From positions 1-40,285 of the forward strand of contig PSLI01000017.1 in NCBI GenBank assembly GCA_040289515.1: a DNA stretch of 40,285 nucleotides, given 5' to 3'. Source of the DNA: Candidatus Sysuimicrobiota bacterium. Its GTDB lineage: Bacteria > Sysuimicrobiota > Sysuimicrobiia > Sysuimicrobiales > Sysuimicrobiaceae. The stretch's first letter is position 1. Every line of letters begins with the position of its first letter. Position numbers and translations under genes: made by a program. Positions 1-12,968 of the stretch are shown here, piece after piece. The notes below the pieces were generated by a model. It saw only the letters and a list, made by a program, of their open reading frames with translations. It did not search any database and had not been told where the DNA came from.

Positions 1-1871
<1,871 letters not shown>

Positions 1872-2094
1872 GGTTCCCCCTCAGGAGCAGCTGGAAGGAG
1901 CCTCAAGCGCCTGGCCTGTTGCGTCTGGCTCTCGCGATGGAGTTGTCAAGGTGCACCCCCGCAAACGGCGGGGCGGTATCACGCCGCGGAGGAGGCAAGT
2001 ATGCCTCCTCCGCGGGGACCCAAAACCGAGCGTGGCAGGAACGCACGCAGCCTGCGGCCCCGAACCCCGCGGGGTCAGGACCGCGGAACTCCCT
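1872..2094 (-). other. 16S-23S internal transcribed spacer without tRNA genes
   Basis: ~220 nt. Contains boxA-like TGCACCTTGACAACT (1941-1955), a perfect 14-bp hairpin (1984-2015), and 2031-2043, which is complementary to 16S leader 3730-3742 (processing stem). No cloverleaf seen. Confidence 0.85.
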
Positions 2095-3659
<1,565 letters not shown>

Positions 3660-3729
3660 GAAAGTCCAATCCCCAGCTCGCCTCGGGTCAAAATTCCGAC
3701 CCGGGGGATCTTGCGGGTCTCGGCCGCGT

Positions 3730-3759
3730 CGTTCCTGCCACGATTCGGTTTTCAAGGTC
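3730..3759 (-). promoter_or_regulatory. rrn leader: boxA-like antitermination element and 5' arm of the 16S processing stem
   Basis: GACCTTGAAAACC (3747-3759) resembles the ITS boxA. CGTTCCTGCCACG (3730-3742) is the exact inverted complement of 2031-2043. Confidence 0.75.
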
Positions 3760-3787
3760 CGCGCCGGCCACAGACCGGCAGACATTA

Positions 3788-3816
3788 AGCCTAGCACGAG
3801 TGTGGAGCCTTGTCAA
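3788..3816 (-). promoter_or_regulatory. rrn proximal promoter (P2)
   Basis: TTGACA-17 bp-TAGGCT with extended TG (TGcTAGGCT). Confidence 0.85.
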
Positions 3817-3874
3817 CCGGACGCGCCGCTTGCGCCCGGGGACCGCGACCATCACCTTCGCGGTCCCGGCTTGC

Positions 3875-3903
3875 ATCCTAGCGGGCGGGCCGATGCGGGT
3901 CAA
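3875..3903 (-). promoter_or_regulatory. rrn distal promoter (P1)
   Basis: TTGACC-17 bp-TAGGAT upstream of P2. Confidence 0.75.
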
Positions 3904-4210
3904 GCGCCACAAGACGAGCCTCACTGCCCTCCGGGGCCGCTGCGGGCCGCAGGATGCCCTGGCCGCGGGCTGGGTTCGCCAGCTTCCTCCGCTCCTCTTC
4001 CCGCAGCTCCCTGCGCAGGACCTTCCCCACCCGCGACTTCGGCAGGACGTCGCGGAACTCCACGTAGTCCGGCACCTCGTAGGGGGCCAGGCGCTCCGGC
4101 ACCACCGCACGAGGTCGTAGGCCGTCACCGCCCGTGTCCCTTCCTTGAGGACCACGAAGGCCTTCACCCGTTCCCCCACCTCGGCATCAGGTATCCCTAC
4201 CACGCAAGCC
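3878..4210 (-). pseudogene. C-terminal remnant of an acyl-CoA synthetase (frameshifted)
   Basis: [22 protein letters not shown]...LVRWC, then after a frameshift [32 protein letters not shown] (A10 motif). N-terminal domains missing. Confidence 0.8.
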
Positions 4211-4229
4211 GCGATAGCCGGATTCCAAC

Positions 4230-4415
4230 GCGCCGGGCCTCCCGTCGGCCGTACACGTGGGTGAGCCCTGCCAGGGTGTTCAAAAGCGTCATCTTCACCC
4301 CTCCGGTGGAGCCCAGCACCCCACCACTTCCCCAGCCCGGACCGCCCGGCTCACGTCGTTCAGGGCCACGGCGTTCTGGTAGTACACGGGGAGGGCGTGG
4401 GACTCAAGCAAGCGT
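4230..4415 (-). pseudogene. N-terminal remnant of a LivF-like ABC ATPase
   Basis: VYYQNAVALNDVSRAVRAGEVVGVLGSTGGVKMTLLNTLAGL, a degenerate Walker A region. Confidence 0.65.
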
Positions 4416-4419
4416 CGCT

Positions 4420-4810
4420 ACTTCCCCGCCCCGGTAGGCGCGGCGCACTTCTTCCCTGGCCAGAACCTCCTCGGGGCCCTCCTCGATCTTTCGGCCGAAG
4501 CTCAGCACCACTGCCCGGTTCACCACCTGGAAAGAGCTCTGTCAGCCGGTGTTCCACCAGCACCAGGCTCTTGCCCTCCTGCACGAACCGGACCAGCAGG
4601 GGGATCAGGCTCGCGGACTCCGCAGGGCTCATGCCGGAGAACAGCTCGTCCAGCAGCAGCTCGGCATCCAGGGCCAGACAGCGGGCCGGCTCCAGGCGTT
4701 TCAGGTAGCGGTGGGGAAGCTCACTGGCGGGCTTTCAGATCGAGGGGGCGTCGTGTTCGAACCCCACCTCCTCCATCAGGTCCAAAGCGACCTCCTCCCG
4801 CCCCAGGCCG
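4420..4810 (-). pseudogene. C-terminal remnant of a LivG-like ABC ATPase
   Basis: ELPHRYLKRLEPARCLALDAELLLDELFSGMSPAES...KSLVLVEHRL (signature, Walker B, H-loop), with an internal stop and frameshifts. Confidence 0.7.
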
Positions 4811-4822
4811 GCCCTCAACCGC

Positions 4823-4987
4823 TCACGGGCGGGGGCGCGGCGAAGCACTCCCTCTGCAGCCGCACCCGGAACAGGTGGCGGTGGGGACGCCCAAAACGAC
4901 CGGCTCTACGGGTGCCGCTGCGACCCCGGAGGCCGCCCACACACCCGCGGCCATCACCAACGCCCACAGCACGCGCGAACGCTTCAC
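4823..4987 (-). pseudogene. N-terminal remnant of an ABC substrate-binding protein
   Basis: VKRSRVLWALVMAAGVWAASGVAAAPVEPVVLGVPT: signal peptide plus the first strand of a Liv-type SBP, then the frame is lost. Confidence 0.5.
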
Positions 4988-4992
4988 CTCGC

Positions 4993-5802
4993 TCACCCCC
5001 TCGCCTCCTGTTGTTTGCCGGAAGCCTCGCGGTTCCGTGTTGTCCACACGCCCTCCGGGTCGTACTCCCGCAGCACCCCCAGCTCCTCAGCAGAGGGCTG
5101 GGGGGTGGGGCAAGCATCGGGGGCCACCCGCACGGTCCAGCCGGTGTCCTCCAGTACTTCTTCCAGGGATTGGCCGGGGTGCCAGTGCTGTAGCACCGCC
5201 TCGCAGGTCACCGGGTCGAACCGGAACACCGCGCGGTCCGTGATGACCCCCGACGGCCCCCCGCGCGGCAGGCCCACCTGTTCCCGCCAGCCGGGCCCGT
5301 CCCCGTAGCCCGGGGAGGTGAGGAAGTCCACTCGCTCCACCAGCCGGTGGCGGCCGTGGGGAAGGATCACCACCAGCCGCTTGGCCAGGGAGGCGATGTC
5401 CGCAGCACCCCCGCTGCCCGGTAGCTTCACCCGGGGCCGGTCCACGCGCCCGATGTACGAGCTGTTCACGTTCCCATACCGGTCCACCTGGGCGCCGCCG
5501 ATGAACCCCACGTCCACCTCGCCCCGCTGCAGCAGGCCCATCACGTTGGTCATGCGGGTACACCAAACCGCGCCCACGATGTTGGGCGTGTCCGACATCG
5601 TGTACAGCAGCTCCCGGGTGGGAGCGTCCCGCACGACCCCGTTCTCGAACACCCCCACGCAGTGGGGCGCGTGCAGGCGCTTGGCCACGCAGTAGGCCAG
5701 CAGGGGCAGGCGCATACCCACGAACACCACCTCGCCGTCCCGGATCTGCCGGGCCGCGGCCACCACCATGAGCTCACCCACGCTCCATTCCACGGCTTTC
5801 AC
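4993..5802 (-). CDS. Family I CoA-transferase beta subunit (GctB/CatJ-like)
   Basis: ELMVVAAARQIRDGEVVFVG, FENG (catalytic Glu), GGAQVDRYGNVNSS, LPGSGGAADIA. GTG start overlaps the alpha-subunit TGA. Confidence 0.9.
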   Translation of the reverse strand: MKAVEWSVGELMVVAAARQIRDGEVVFVGMRLPLLAYCVAKRLHAPHCVGVFENGVVRDAPTRELLYTMSDTPNIVGAVWCTRMTNVMGLLQRGEVDVGFIGGAQVDRYGNVNSSYIGRVDRPRVKLPGSGGAADIASLAKRLVVILPHGRHRLVERVDFLTSPGYGDGPGWREQVGLPRGGPSGVITDRAVFRFDPVTCEAVLQHWHPGQSLEEVLEDTGWTVRVAPDACPTPQPSAEELGVLREYDPEGVWTTRNREASGKQQEARG

Positions 5803-6725
5803 CAAGCGTAGTCCACGGGCTCGGCGGGTGCCGGCCGCACCCGCCGCAGCTCTCGCCAGCGTGGGCCCAGGCGCCGCAGGTACCCCTCCCGGTCCGGGAC
5901 ATCCAGCACCCAGTCCCGCAACCACCTGTGAAAGCCCTCCTCCGTACGGGTGAGGCGGTGGTATTCCTCGTAGAAGCCGTGGTCCCTGCGGTAGTAGCCC
6001 GGCACGGGGGAGGGGTGGCAGCCGCCGGGGCAGTGCACCACCGCGGACACCTTGAAGCCGGGCACCAGGACCCGGTTGGGGTCGCTGCGGATCACTTCGG
6101 GGCTGACGATCTCCTCCGCCAGCAGCACCACGTGACGGGATGCCAAAGCCGCCTCCTCCGTCACCCCCAGGTTGCCCCACAGGTGCGCGTTGCCTTCCAC
6201 GTCCGCCCGCTGCACAGCCAGGAAGGCCACGTCCGGCTGCACGGCCCTTACCAGCAGCAGGGGCTGACCCGTCCACGGGTCCTGGCCAGGCAAAAAAGCC
6301 TCCCGCCTGCGGGGCACGTCGCTGCCGAGCAGGGATCGGGTGGGGAGGTACGGAACTCCCAGCGCGCCCGCCCACAGGGCCAGGGCCACAGCGAAGTTGG
6401 AGTAGTCCCACACCTCCACACGGCGAGGGTTCCCCTGTTCCGTGGCCCTGCGGTACGCGTGGCCCAACCCCGCGGACACGTTTCCGACCCACGCGGCCAT
6501 CACCCGGGCCACGCAGCCAGCGCCGATGAGCTGGTCGAACAGGATGTCGGAGATGGGCCCCACCAGGGTGAGGTCGCGCTTGCCCTGCCGGATGATCTCG
6601 TGTCCCGCCGCGAAGGGGATGAGGCTTTCCAGGCACGTGCCCATCGCCACGGTGGCCCCGTCGGGCACAAAGCGGGACACCGCCTCGGAGAGGCTCTGCA
6701 GCTTACCGCCCAGCTTCAGGCCCAC
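5799..6725 (-). CDS. Family I CoA-transferase alpha subunit (GctA/CatI-like)
   Basis: SLSEAVSRFVPDGATVAMG, IPFAAGHEIIRQG, DQLIGAG, QRADVEGN, GGCHPS. Start approximate (RBS GGAGGT). Confidence 0.9.
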   Translation of the reverse strand: MGLKLGGKLQSLSEAVSRFVPDGATVAMGTCLESLIPFAAGHEIIRQGKRDLTLVGPISDILFDQLIGAGCVARVMAAWVGNVSAGLGHAYRRATEQGNPRRVEVWDYSNFAVALALWAGALGVPYLPTRSLLGSDVPRRREAFLPGQDPWTGQPLLLVRAVQPDVAFLAVQRADVEGNAHLWGNLGVTEEAALASRHVVLLAEEIVSPEVIRSDPNRVLVPGFKVSAVVHCPGGCHPSPVPGYYRRDHGFYEEYHRLTRTEEGFHRWLRDWVLDVPDREGYLRRLGPRWRELRRVRPAPAEPVDYAW

Positions 6726-7728
6726 CACCTCCCACCTCTGCCCGGGACGCACCGCCTGCGAGGCCGGCGGGCCGGAATGCGGGGCGGAGCCGGTGCGATA
6801 GCGCCCCCTGGACCAGGGGCACAGCACCTTGGCGGAAGACCAAGAACAGCACCACCAGCAGCACGCCGTATGCGAGGACCGTGAGCTGGCCAAACGGACG
6901 CACCAGCTCGTCCACCGCGCTGAACAGAACAGCGCCCACCAAGGGACCCAGCAGGGTCCGCATCCCGCCCAGCAGGAGGGCGATCAGCACGGGGATATCC
7001 ACGTGGCCGACCGTGTACACGGACGGGCTGATGAAGCCGTTCAGGTCCGCGTACAGGGCACCCACCAGCCCCACCAGCCCGGAGGAAGCGGTGGCGCAGG
7101 CCACCTTGTACCGGGTGACGTCGATGCCCGACAGCTCCGCGCTCACCTCGTCCTCGCTGAGGGCGTGCAGGGCCACGCCGTGCGGGGAGCTGAACAGCCA
7201 GCGGTAAGCCCACAGGGACGCCACCAGGACCGCCAGCAGGGTGTAGTAGGCACGGTAGGGGTCCTCCGCCAGCCCCACCCCCAGCCCTCGGGTCACGATG
7301 CCCGTCTCGCCGTTGGTAACTTCCCGAAGCCCCAGAAGCAGGTTGTGCAGCATCAAGGACACCGCCAGAGTCACGATCCCCACGAACAGCACCCCGAAGC
7401 CCCGGCGCACGCTCACGTAGCTCAGAAAGCCGCCCACTCCGGCGCTCAGGACCGCGGCCACCCCCACGGCGGCCAGCGGGAAAACGTGCAAGTCCCGCAC
7501 CAACAGTACCGATCCGTAGCCACCCAGGCTGGCCAGGGCGCCCACGCACAAAAACAGCTGGTTGGTGTGCCCAAACAGCACGTTGAAGGCCACCGCGTAG
7601 CTGGCCAGCACCAGCATCAGGGTGGCAATCCGCATCTGGTAGGGGCTGCCCCCCAGCACCGCGGGGACCGCGCTCAGCACCGCGGCCGCGGCCAGCACCG
7701 GCAGGGCCTTGCGGACGCTGGGGCTCAT
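6703..7728 (-). CDS. livM: Branched-chain amino acid-type ABC transporter permease (LivM-like)
   Basis: Hydrophobic; TNGETG, ALHALSEDEVSAELSGID, LLGGMRTLLGPLVGA. ATG overlaps the livH-like stop. Confidence 0.85.
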   Translation of the reverse strand: MSPSVRKALPVLAAAAVLSAVPAVLGGSPYQMRIATLMLVLASYAVAFNVLFGHTNQLFLCVGALASLGGYGSVLLVRDLHVFPLAAVGVAAVLSAGVGGFLSYVSVRRGFGVLFVGIVTLAVSLMLHNLLLGLREVTNGETGIVTRGLGVGLAEDPYRAYYTLLAVLVASLWAYRWLFSSPHGVALHALSEDEVSAELSGIDVTRYKVACATASSGLVGLVGALYADLNGFISPSVYTVGHVDIPVLIALLLGGMRTLLGPLVGAVLFSAVDELVRPFGQLTVLAYGVLLVVLFLVFRQGAVPLVQGALSHRLRPAFRPAGLAGGASRAEVGGGGPEAGR

Positions 7729-8579
7729 GGCCAGTACGCCAGCAGCCCCTCGGGCCGCACCAGCAGGGTCGCCACCGCCACCGCCAGCAGGGCGATCCAC
7801 GTAAGGTAGGTGCCCACCCAGTAGCTCAAAGCCGCGTTCACCACGCCCAGCAGCAGGCTCGCGAGGAAGGTGCCCGCTAAGCTGCGCACGCCCCCCACCA
7901 CCGCCACGATCAAGCTGAGGATGGTGAACTCCGGGCCCATGTCCGGCCCCAGGTAGGAGAAAAACCCTTGCCCCAGGGCTGCCACCCCCGCGAGAGCTCC
8001 GCTCGCGAACAGGGTGACGGTGCGGGCCTGCTCCACGTCCACGCCGCACAGCAGGGCCCCCGCCTCGTTCTGGATGATGCACCGCACGGCCTTGCCCAGG
8101 CGGGTCCCCTTGAGGAAGGCCAGCAGCAGACCGAACGTAGCCAACGACAGGGCACCTACGGCCAGGCTCGCGGTGCGCACCGTGACCCCCAGCACCTCCA
8201 CGGAGGGGTTTGTCAGCCGCAGGCTGAGGGCCACGTTGGGGAAGCGCAGGGTGAACAGGCCGTCCAGGGCGAAGGAAGCCCCGAGGGTGAGGATCAGGGC
8301 CAGCAGCAGCCGTTCCTCTCCCCGGCGGCGGTAGGCCGCCTGCAGCAAGCTCCGGTCCAACAGCAGTGCCGCCAGGCCGGCAGCCAGCACGCCCACCACA
8401 CCGCTTAGCACCGGGTGCTGGCGCGCCTGCAGCATGAGCGCGGTAGCCAGCCCGCCCAGCACCGCCACCTGCCCGTGGGCCAAATTCAACACGCCCCCCA
8501 GTCCGTACACGAACACGATCCCCACCGAAAGCAGCGCCAGCTGCAGCCCCAGCACCAGCCCGTCCAGGACCACGCCCAT
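7725..8579 (-). CDS. livH: Branched-chain amino acid-type ABC transporter permease (LivH-like)
   Basis: GGVLNLAHG, TRLGKAVRCIIQNEAGALLCGVD, VVGGVRSLAG. Confidence 0.88.
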   Translation of the reverse strand: MGVVLDGLVLGLQLALLSVGIVFVYGLGGVLNLAHGQVAVLGGLATALMLQARQHPVLSGVVGVLAAGLAALLLDRSLLQAAYRRRGEERLLLALILTLGASFALDGLFTLRFPNVALSLRLTNPSVEVLGVTVRTASLAVGALSLATFGLLLAFLKGTRLGKAVRCIIQNEAGALLCGVDVEQARTVTLFASGALAGVAALGQGFFSYLGPDMGPEFTILSLIVAVVGGVRSLAGTFLASLLLGVVNAALSYWVGTYLTWIALLAVAVATLLVRPEGLLAYWP

Positions 8580-8584
8580 GGGGC

Positions 8585-9286
<702 letters not shown>

Positions 9287-9288
9287 CG

Positions 9289-10098
9289 TCAGACCACCCC
9301 GCTGGCCGCGTCCGCGGTGGCGTCCTGGACTCCCATGGTAGGCCCGCCTACATCCTGGAAGTCCACACCCAGGTACGCTTCCACCACCGCCGGATCCCTG
9401 GCCACCTGCGCCGACGAGCCCTGCGCGATCACCGCCCCGTGGTCCAGCACCACTACCCGCTCCACGGTCCCCAGGACCGCGTCCATCACGTGCTCCACCC
9501 ACAGCACGGCCACGCCGCGCTCCTCCCGCACTCGCCGCAGCAGCAGGGTGCAGTGCTGGATCTCCACCGGGTTCAGCCCGCTCATCAGCTCGTCCACCAG
9601 CAGCAGCCTCGGCTGGCCAGCCAGGGCCCGCGCCAGGTCCACGAGCCGCTTCTCCTGGGTGTTGAGCCTGCCCACGGGCTCCTGGTGGCGATCCTGCAGG
9701 CCCACCAGCTCCAGGGCCTCCGCCACCCGCCGCCATGCCTGCGCGGGGGTGGGCGTGTGCGGGGAGCCGAACAGAGCCCCGATCCGCACCGTCTCCTCCA
9801 CCGTGAGGCTGGGGAACAGCCGTGGGATCTGCAGCACCCGCCCCACCCCCCGGCGCACCACCGCGTGCGCCGGCAGCCCCGAGACCGGTTCCCCTGCCAG
9901 CTCCACCACTCCGCGGTCCGGACGCGCCAGCCCGCAGATGACGTTCAGGAGGGTGGTTTTGCCGGCCCCGTTGGGGCCGATCAGCCCCACGAACCCCGCA
10001 GGCTCCACCTCCAGCGTCACGTCCCGCAGGGCCACCACCCCGCCGAACCGCTTGGTGACGCCCCGGCACCGCAGCAGGGCGTTATTCGCTCGGGACAT
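9289..10098 (-). CDS. livG: ABC transporter ATP-binding protein (LivG-like)
   Basis: KRFGGVVAL, GPNGAGKTT, LLLVDELMSGLNP, VEHVM, VVEAYLG. Confidence 0.92.
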   Translation of the reverse strand: MSRANNALLRCRGVTKRFGGVVALRDVTLEVEPAGFVGLIGPNGAGKTTLLNVICGLARPDRGVVELAGEPVSGLPAHAVVRRGVGRVLQIPRLFPSLTVEETVRIGALFGSPHTPTPAQAWRRVAEALELVGLQDRHQEPVGRLNTQEKRLVDLARALAGQPRLLLVDELMSGLNPVEIQHCTLLLRRVREERGVAVLWVEHVMDAVLGTVERVVVLDHGAVIAQGSSAQVARDPAVVEAYLGVDFQDVGGPTMGVQDATADAASGVV

Positions 10099-11278
10099 AG
10101 GGCTCCACGGGCGTGCTGCGGAACTGGTACTTCTGGGCCCACCCGCAGCCTGGACACACCCCGCCCGCGGGTTCGCCCCGCTCGATGGTGAAGAACACGA
10201 TGCGGACGTTTTTCATCTCGCCCCACTCCGTGTACGACAGGGGCCACGCGTAGCCCGGCTGCACGAAGCGGCCCTTGCGGATCTGCTCCGCGATGGCCCG
10301 GGGATCCGTGCTGCCCGCCTTCCTGGCCGCCTCCGCCACCATGCGGACGATCACGTAGCCGGAAAACGCGCTGTTGTCAAAGTACCGCTTGTACAGGCCG
10401 TAGTACTTGGCCGCCAGTTGCCGGAAGGCGGGAGTGGTGAAGTCCACGCAGGAGTAGTCCAGAAACCGGCCGAACACCGCCTCCCCGCCCCGCGCCACCA
10501 TGAGCTCGGGGGGCAGGACGGAGCCGATGGCCTGCTGGCGCATGCCCAGCTCTGCAGCCTGACGTACGATGATGGGGTTGCCCGGCGGGTGCCCCGCGAT
10601 CACCAGCACCTGCGGGTCGAAGGCCTGCAGCCGCCGTAGGTAGGGGGTGAAGTCCGCGGCGGTCACGGGGGCCACCTCCGTCTGGACCCGCACACCCGGC
10701 AGGCTGGCCACGTACCGCTCCACCGCCTCCCGGATGGAGTGGCCCCACGCGTAGTCCGCGATGATGTTGCCCACCCGTGTGTGCTTGGCGTGCTTGACCA
10801 TGGCCGCGATGGCCTGCACGTACATGGGAGCTGCCGCCAGGCACGTGCGGAAGGTGAACCGGCTGCTCTTGCGCAGGATGGCGTGCGAGCCCGCCATGGT
10901 AAGGAACAAAGGCACCCGCAGGCTCTCCGCCTCCCGGGAGGCCGCCAGGGCCACGTCGCTGCTGATGACCCCTCCTGCGGCCGCGATCCCCTCCCGCTCC
11001 ACCAGGGCGCGGAAGGCGCTGATGGCCTCCGCGGGGCTGTTCCGGTCGTCCCGCTCCACGAACTCCACCGGCCGGCCCAGCACCCCGCCGGCCTCGTTCA
11101 GCTCCGAGACGGCCATCCGCATACCGTCGCGGGCGTTCACGCCCCAGAAGGCAAACGGGCCGCTGAGGGAGCTGAGGAAGGCTACCTTCAGGGGCCTGGG
11201 CTGGGCGCCCCCGAAGCTAGCCAGCACCGCCAATGCTAGGGCTACCGCGCACAGCGCCGCTAGGCCTCGACCCTTCAC
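10082..11278 (-). CDS. ABC substrate-binding protein, Liv/periplasmic binding protein type 1 family (probably an aromatic acid ligand)
   Basis: Signal peptide, SLSGPFA, GGVLGRPVEFVERDD, ADYAWGHS. Ligand inferred from context. Confidence 0.9.
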   Translation of the reverse strand: MKGRGLAALCAVALALAVLASFGGAQPRPLKVAFLSSLSGPFAFWGVNARDGMRMAVSELNEAGGVLGRPVEFVERDDRNSPAEAISAFRALVEREGIAAAGGVISSDVALAASREAESLRVPLFLTMAGSHAILRKSSRFTFRTCLAAAPMYVQAIAAMVKHAKHTRVGNIIADYAWGHSIREAVERYVASLPGVRVQTEVAPVTAADFTPYLRRLQAFDPQVLVIAGHPPGNPIIVRQAAELGMRQQAIGSVLPPELMVARGGEAVFGRFLDYSCVDFTTPAFRQLAAKYYGLYKRYFDNSAFSGYVIVRMVAEAARKAGSTDPRAIAEQIRKGRFVQPGYAWPLSYTEWGEMKNVRIVFFTIERGEPAGGVCPGCGWAQKYQFRSTPVEPYVPSE

Positions 11279-11324
11279 GTCCCACCACCTCCTCCTCGTC
11301 CGTTCTGCGCGAACACCGCCGTTT

Positions 11325-11342
11325 ACCTTACCACGCGGTCAA
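11325..11342 (-). promoter_or_regulatory. Degenerate operator copy (site 4) overlapping an extended -10 (TGgTAAGGT) upstream of the ABC genes
   Basis: CTTACCACGCGGTCAA (11327-11342) resembles the 16-bp palindromes at 19211/19241/19304. Confidence 0.55.
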
Positions 11343-11396
11343 CCGCCCCGTCATGGCGCGCCCGGACCAGCGCACCTGGTACAGACGGCCCACGCC

Positions 11397-12968
11397 TTAG
11401 CCCACCTGCGAGGCTACAGGGGGCCCGGATTCCCGCAGCTTGAACCGCTGGATCTTCCCCGTCACGGTCTTGGGCAGGTCCTCGGTGAACGTCACGTAGT
11501 GGGGGTACCTGTAGCGCGCTAGGCGCTCCTTGCACCACTCCTGCAGCTCCTGGGCGAGGGCCTCGGAGGGTGCCCGGCCCGGCTTGAGGACCACGAAGGC
11601 CCGGATGCGGGTGAGCCCCTCCACGGGAATCCCCACCACCGCGGCCTCCTGCACCGCCGGGTGCTCGATGAGGGTGTTCTCGATCTCCACGGGCGACACC
11701 CACAGCCCCCCGACCTTGATCATGTCGTCGCTGCGGCCCTCGTACCAGTAAAACCCCTCCTCGTCCACCCGGTAGCGGTCCCCCGTATAGAACCAGCCGC
11801 CGTGCAGGCTGCGCTTGGTCTTCTCGTGCTGGTGCCAGTACAGAGCCAGCTCGCTGTCGCCCTTCACGTACAGGTCGCCCACCTCCCCCGGTGCCACCGG
11901 CTGGCCCGTGTCGGGGGACACGATCTTCAGCTCGTAGCCCGGGACCGGCCTGCCGGAGGATCCCGGCTTGAGGGCCTCCGGGGTGTTGGAACAGTAGATG
12001 TGCAGCATCTCCGTGGACCCCACCCCGTCCAGGATCACCAAGCCGAAACGTTCCTTCCACCGGTGGAAGATCTCCGCGGGCAGCGCCTCCGCCGCGGACA
12101 CGCACAGCCGTACGCCGGAGAGGTCGTACCGCCCGCAGTTCGGATGGTTCAGGATGGCGTTGTACAGGGTGGGCACGGCGAAAAACAGCGTAGGCCGGTA
12201 GCGCTGGATGGTCTCCAGCACCCCCTCCGGGGTAGGCCGCCCGGAGCGCAGCACCGTGGATGCCCCCGCCCAGTACGGGAAGCTCAGGTTGTTGCCCAGG
12301 CCGTAGGCGTGGAAGAGCTTGGAGGCGGAGAAGGTGACGTCCTCCTGCGTGATCCGCAGCACGTGGCGGGCGTACGTCTCACACGTATACAGGATGTCGT
12401 GCTGCAGGTGCACCACGCCCTTGGGGCGCCCCGTGGACCCGGAGCTGTACAGCCAGAAAGCCATGTCATCCCGGTGGGTGTCCGCGGGGGGCAGGTCCCC
12501 CGCGTAGGCCTGCACCAGCTCCTCCAGGTGCGGCTGGCCCTCCCCCGCGGGGCGCGAGGCCAGCACCAGGGGTGGTTCTGCCAAAGCGGAGCAAACCTCC
12601 CGCACCACGTCCAGCAGGGGCGGGTCGGCCACCACCGCCCGGGCACCGCTGTCCAGGAGGAAGTACGCGTAGTCGTCCGAGCGCAGAAGCGGGTTGGTGG
12701 GGATGGGGACCGCGCCGGTCCGGATCGCCCCCAGGAACGCCACCGGGAACGCGGGGCTGTCGTCCAGCACCAGCAACACCCGCTCTTCCCGCCGTACCCC
12801 CAGCGCCCGCAGGGCCCGGGCGAATCCGCACACCCGGCGGTACACCTCCCCGTACGTGACCTCCTGGTCCTGCCAGCGGATGCACACCTTGTGCGCGAGG
12901 CCCCGTCCCAGGTTGCGGTCTAGCAGCGTGCTGGCGTTGTACCGCTCGGGGATGTCGAGGAGGCTCAC
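11397..12968 (-). CDS. Benzoate-CoA ligase family protein
   Basis: IPERYNAS..LDRN, DDMAFWLYSSGSTGRPKGVVHLQHD, SKLFHAYGLGN, DGVGSTEMLHIY, DDMIKVGGLWVSPVEIE, LPKTVTGKIQRFKLR. These are BadA/BclA-type motifs, not PaaK-type. GTG overlaps the ALDH stop. Confidence 0.9.
   Translation of the reverse strand: MSLLDIPERYNASTLLDRNLGRGLAHKVCIRWQDQEVTYGEVYRRVCGFARALRALGVRREERVLLVLDDSPAFPVAFLGAIRTGAVPIPTNPLLRSDDYAYFLLDSGARAVVADPPLLDVVREVCSALAEPPLVLASRPAGEGQPHLEELVQAYAGDLPPADTHRDDMAFWLYSSGSTGRPKGVVHLQHDILYTCETYARHVLRITQEDVTFSASKLFHAYGLGNNLSFPYWAGASTVLRSGRPTPEGVLETIQRYRPTLFFAVPTLYNAILNHPNCGRYDLSGVRLCVSAAEALPAEIFHRWKERFGLVILDGVGSTEMLHIYCSNTPEALKPGSSGRPVPGYELKIVSPDTGQPVAPGEVGDLYVKGDSELALYWHQHEKTKRSLHGGWFYTGDRYRVDEEGFYWYEGRSDDMIKVGGLWVSPVEIENTLIEHPAVQEAAVVGIPVEGLTRIRAFVVLKPGRAPSEALAQELQEWCKERLARYRYPHYVTFTEDLPKTVTGKIQRFKLRESGPPVASQVG

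Noticed and set aside
1872..2094. tRNA-Ile/Ala in the ITS
   Set aside because: No T-loop/cloverleaf; only hairpins, boxA and the processing stem.
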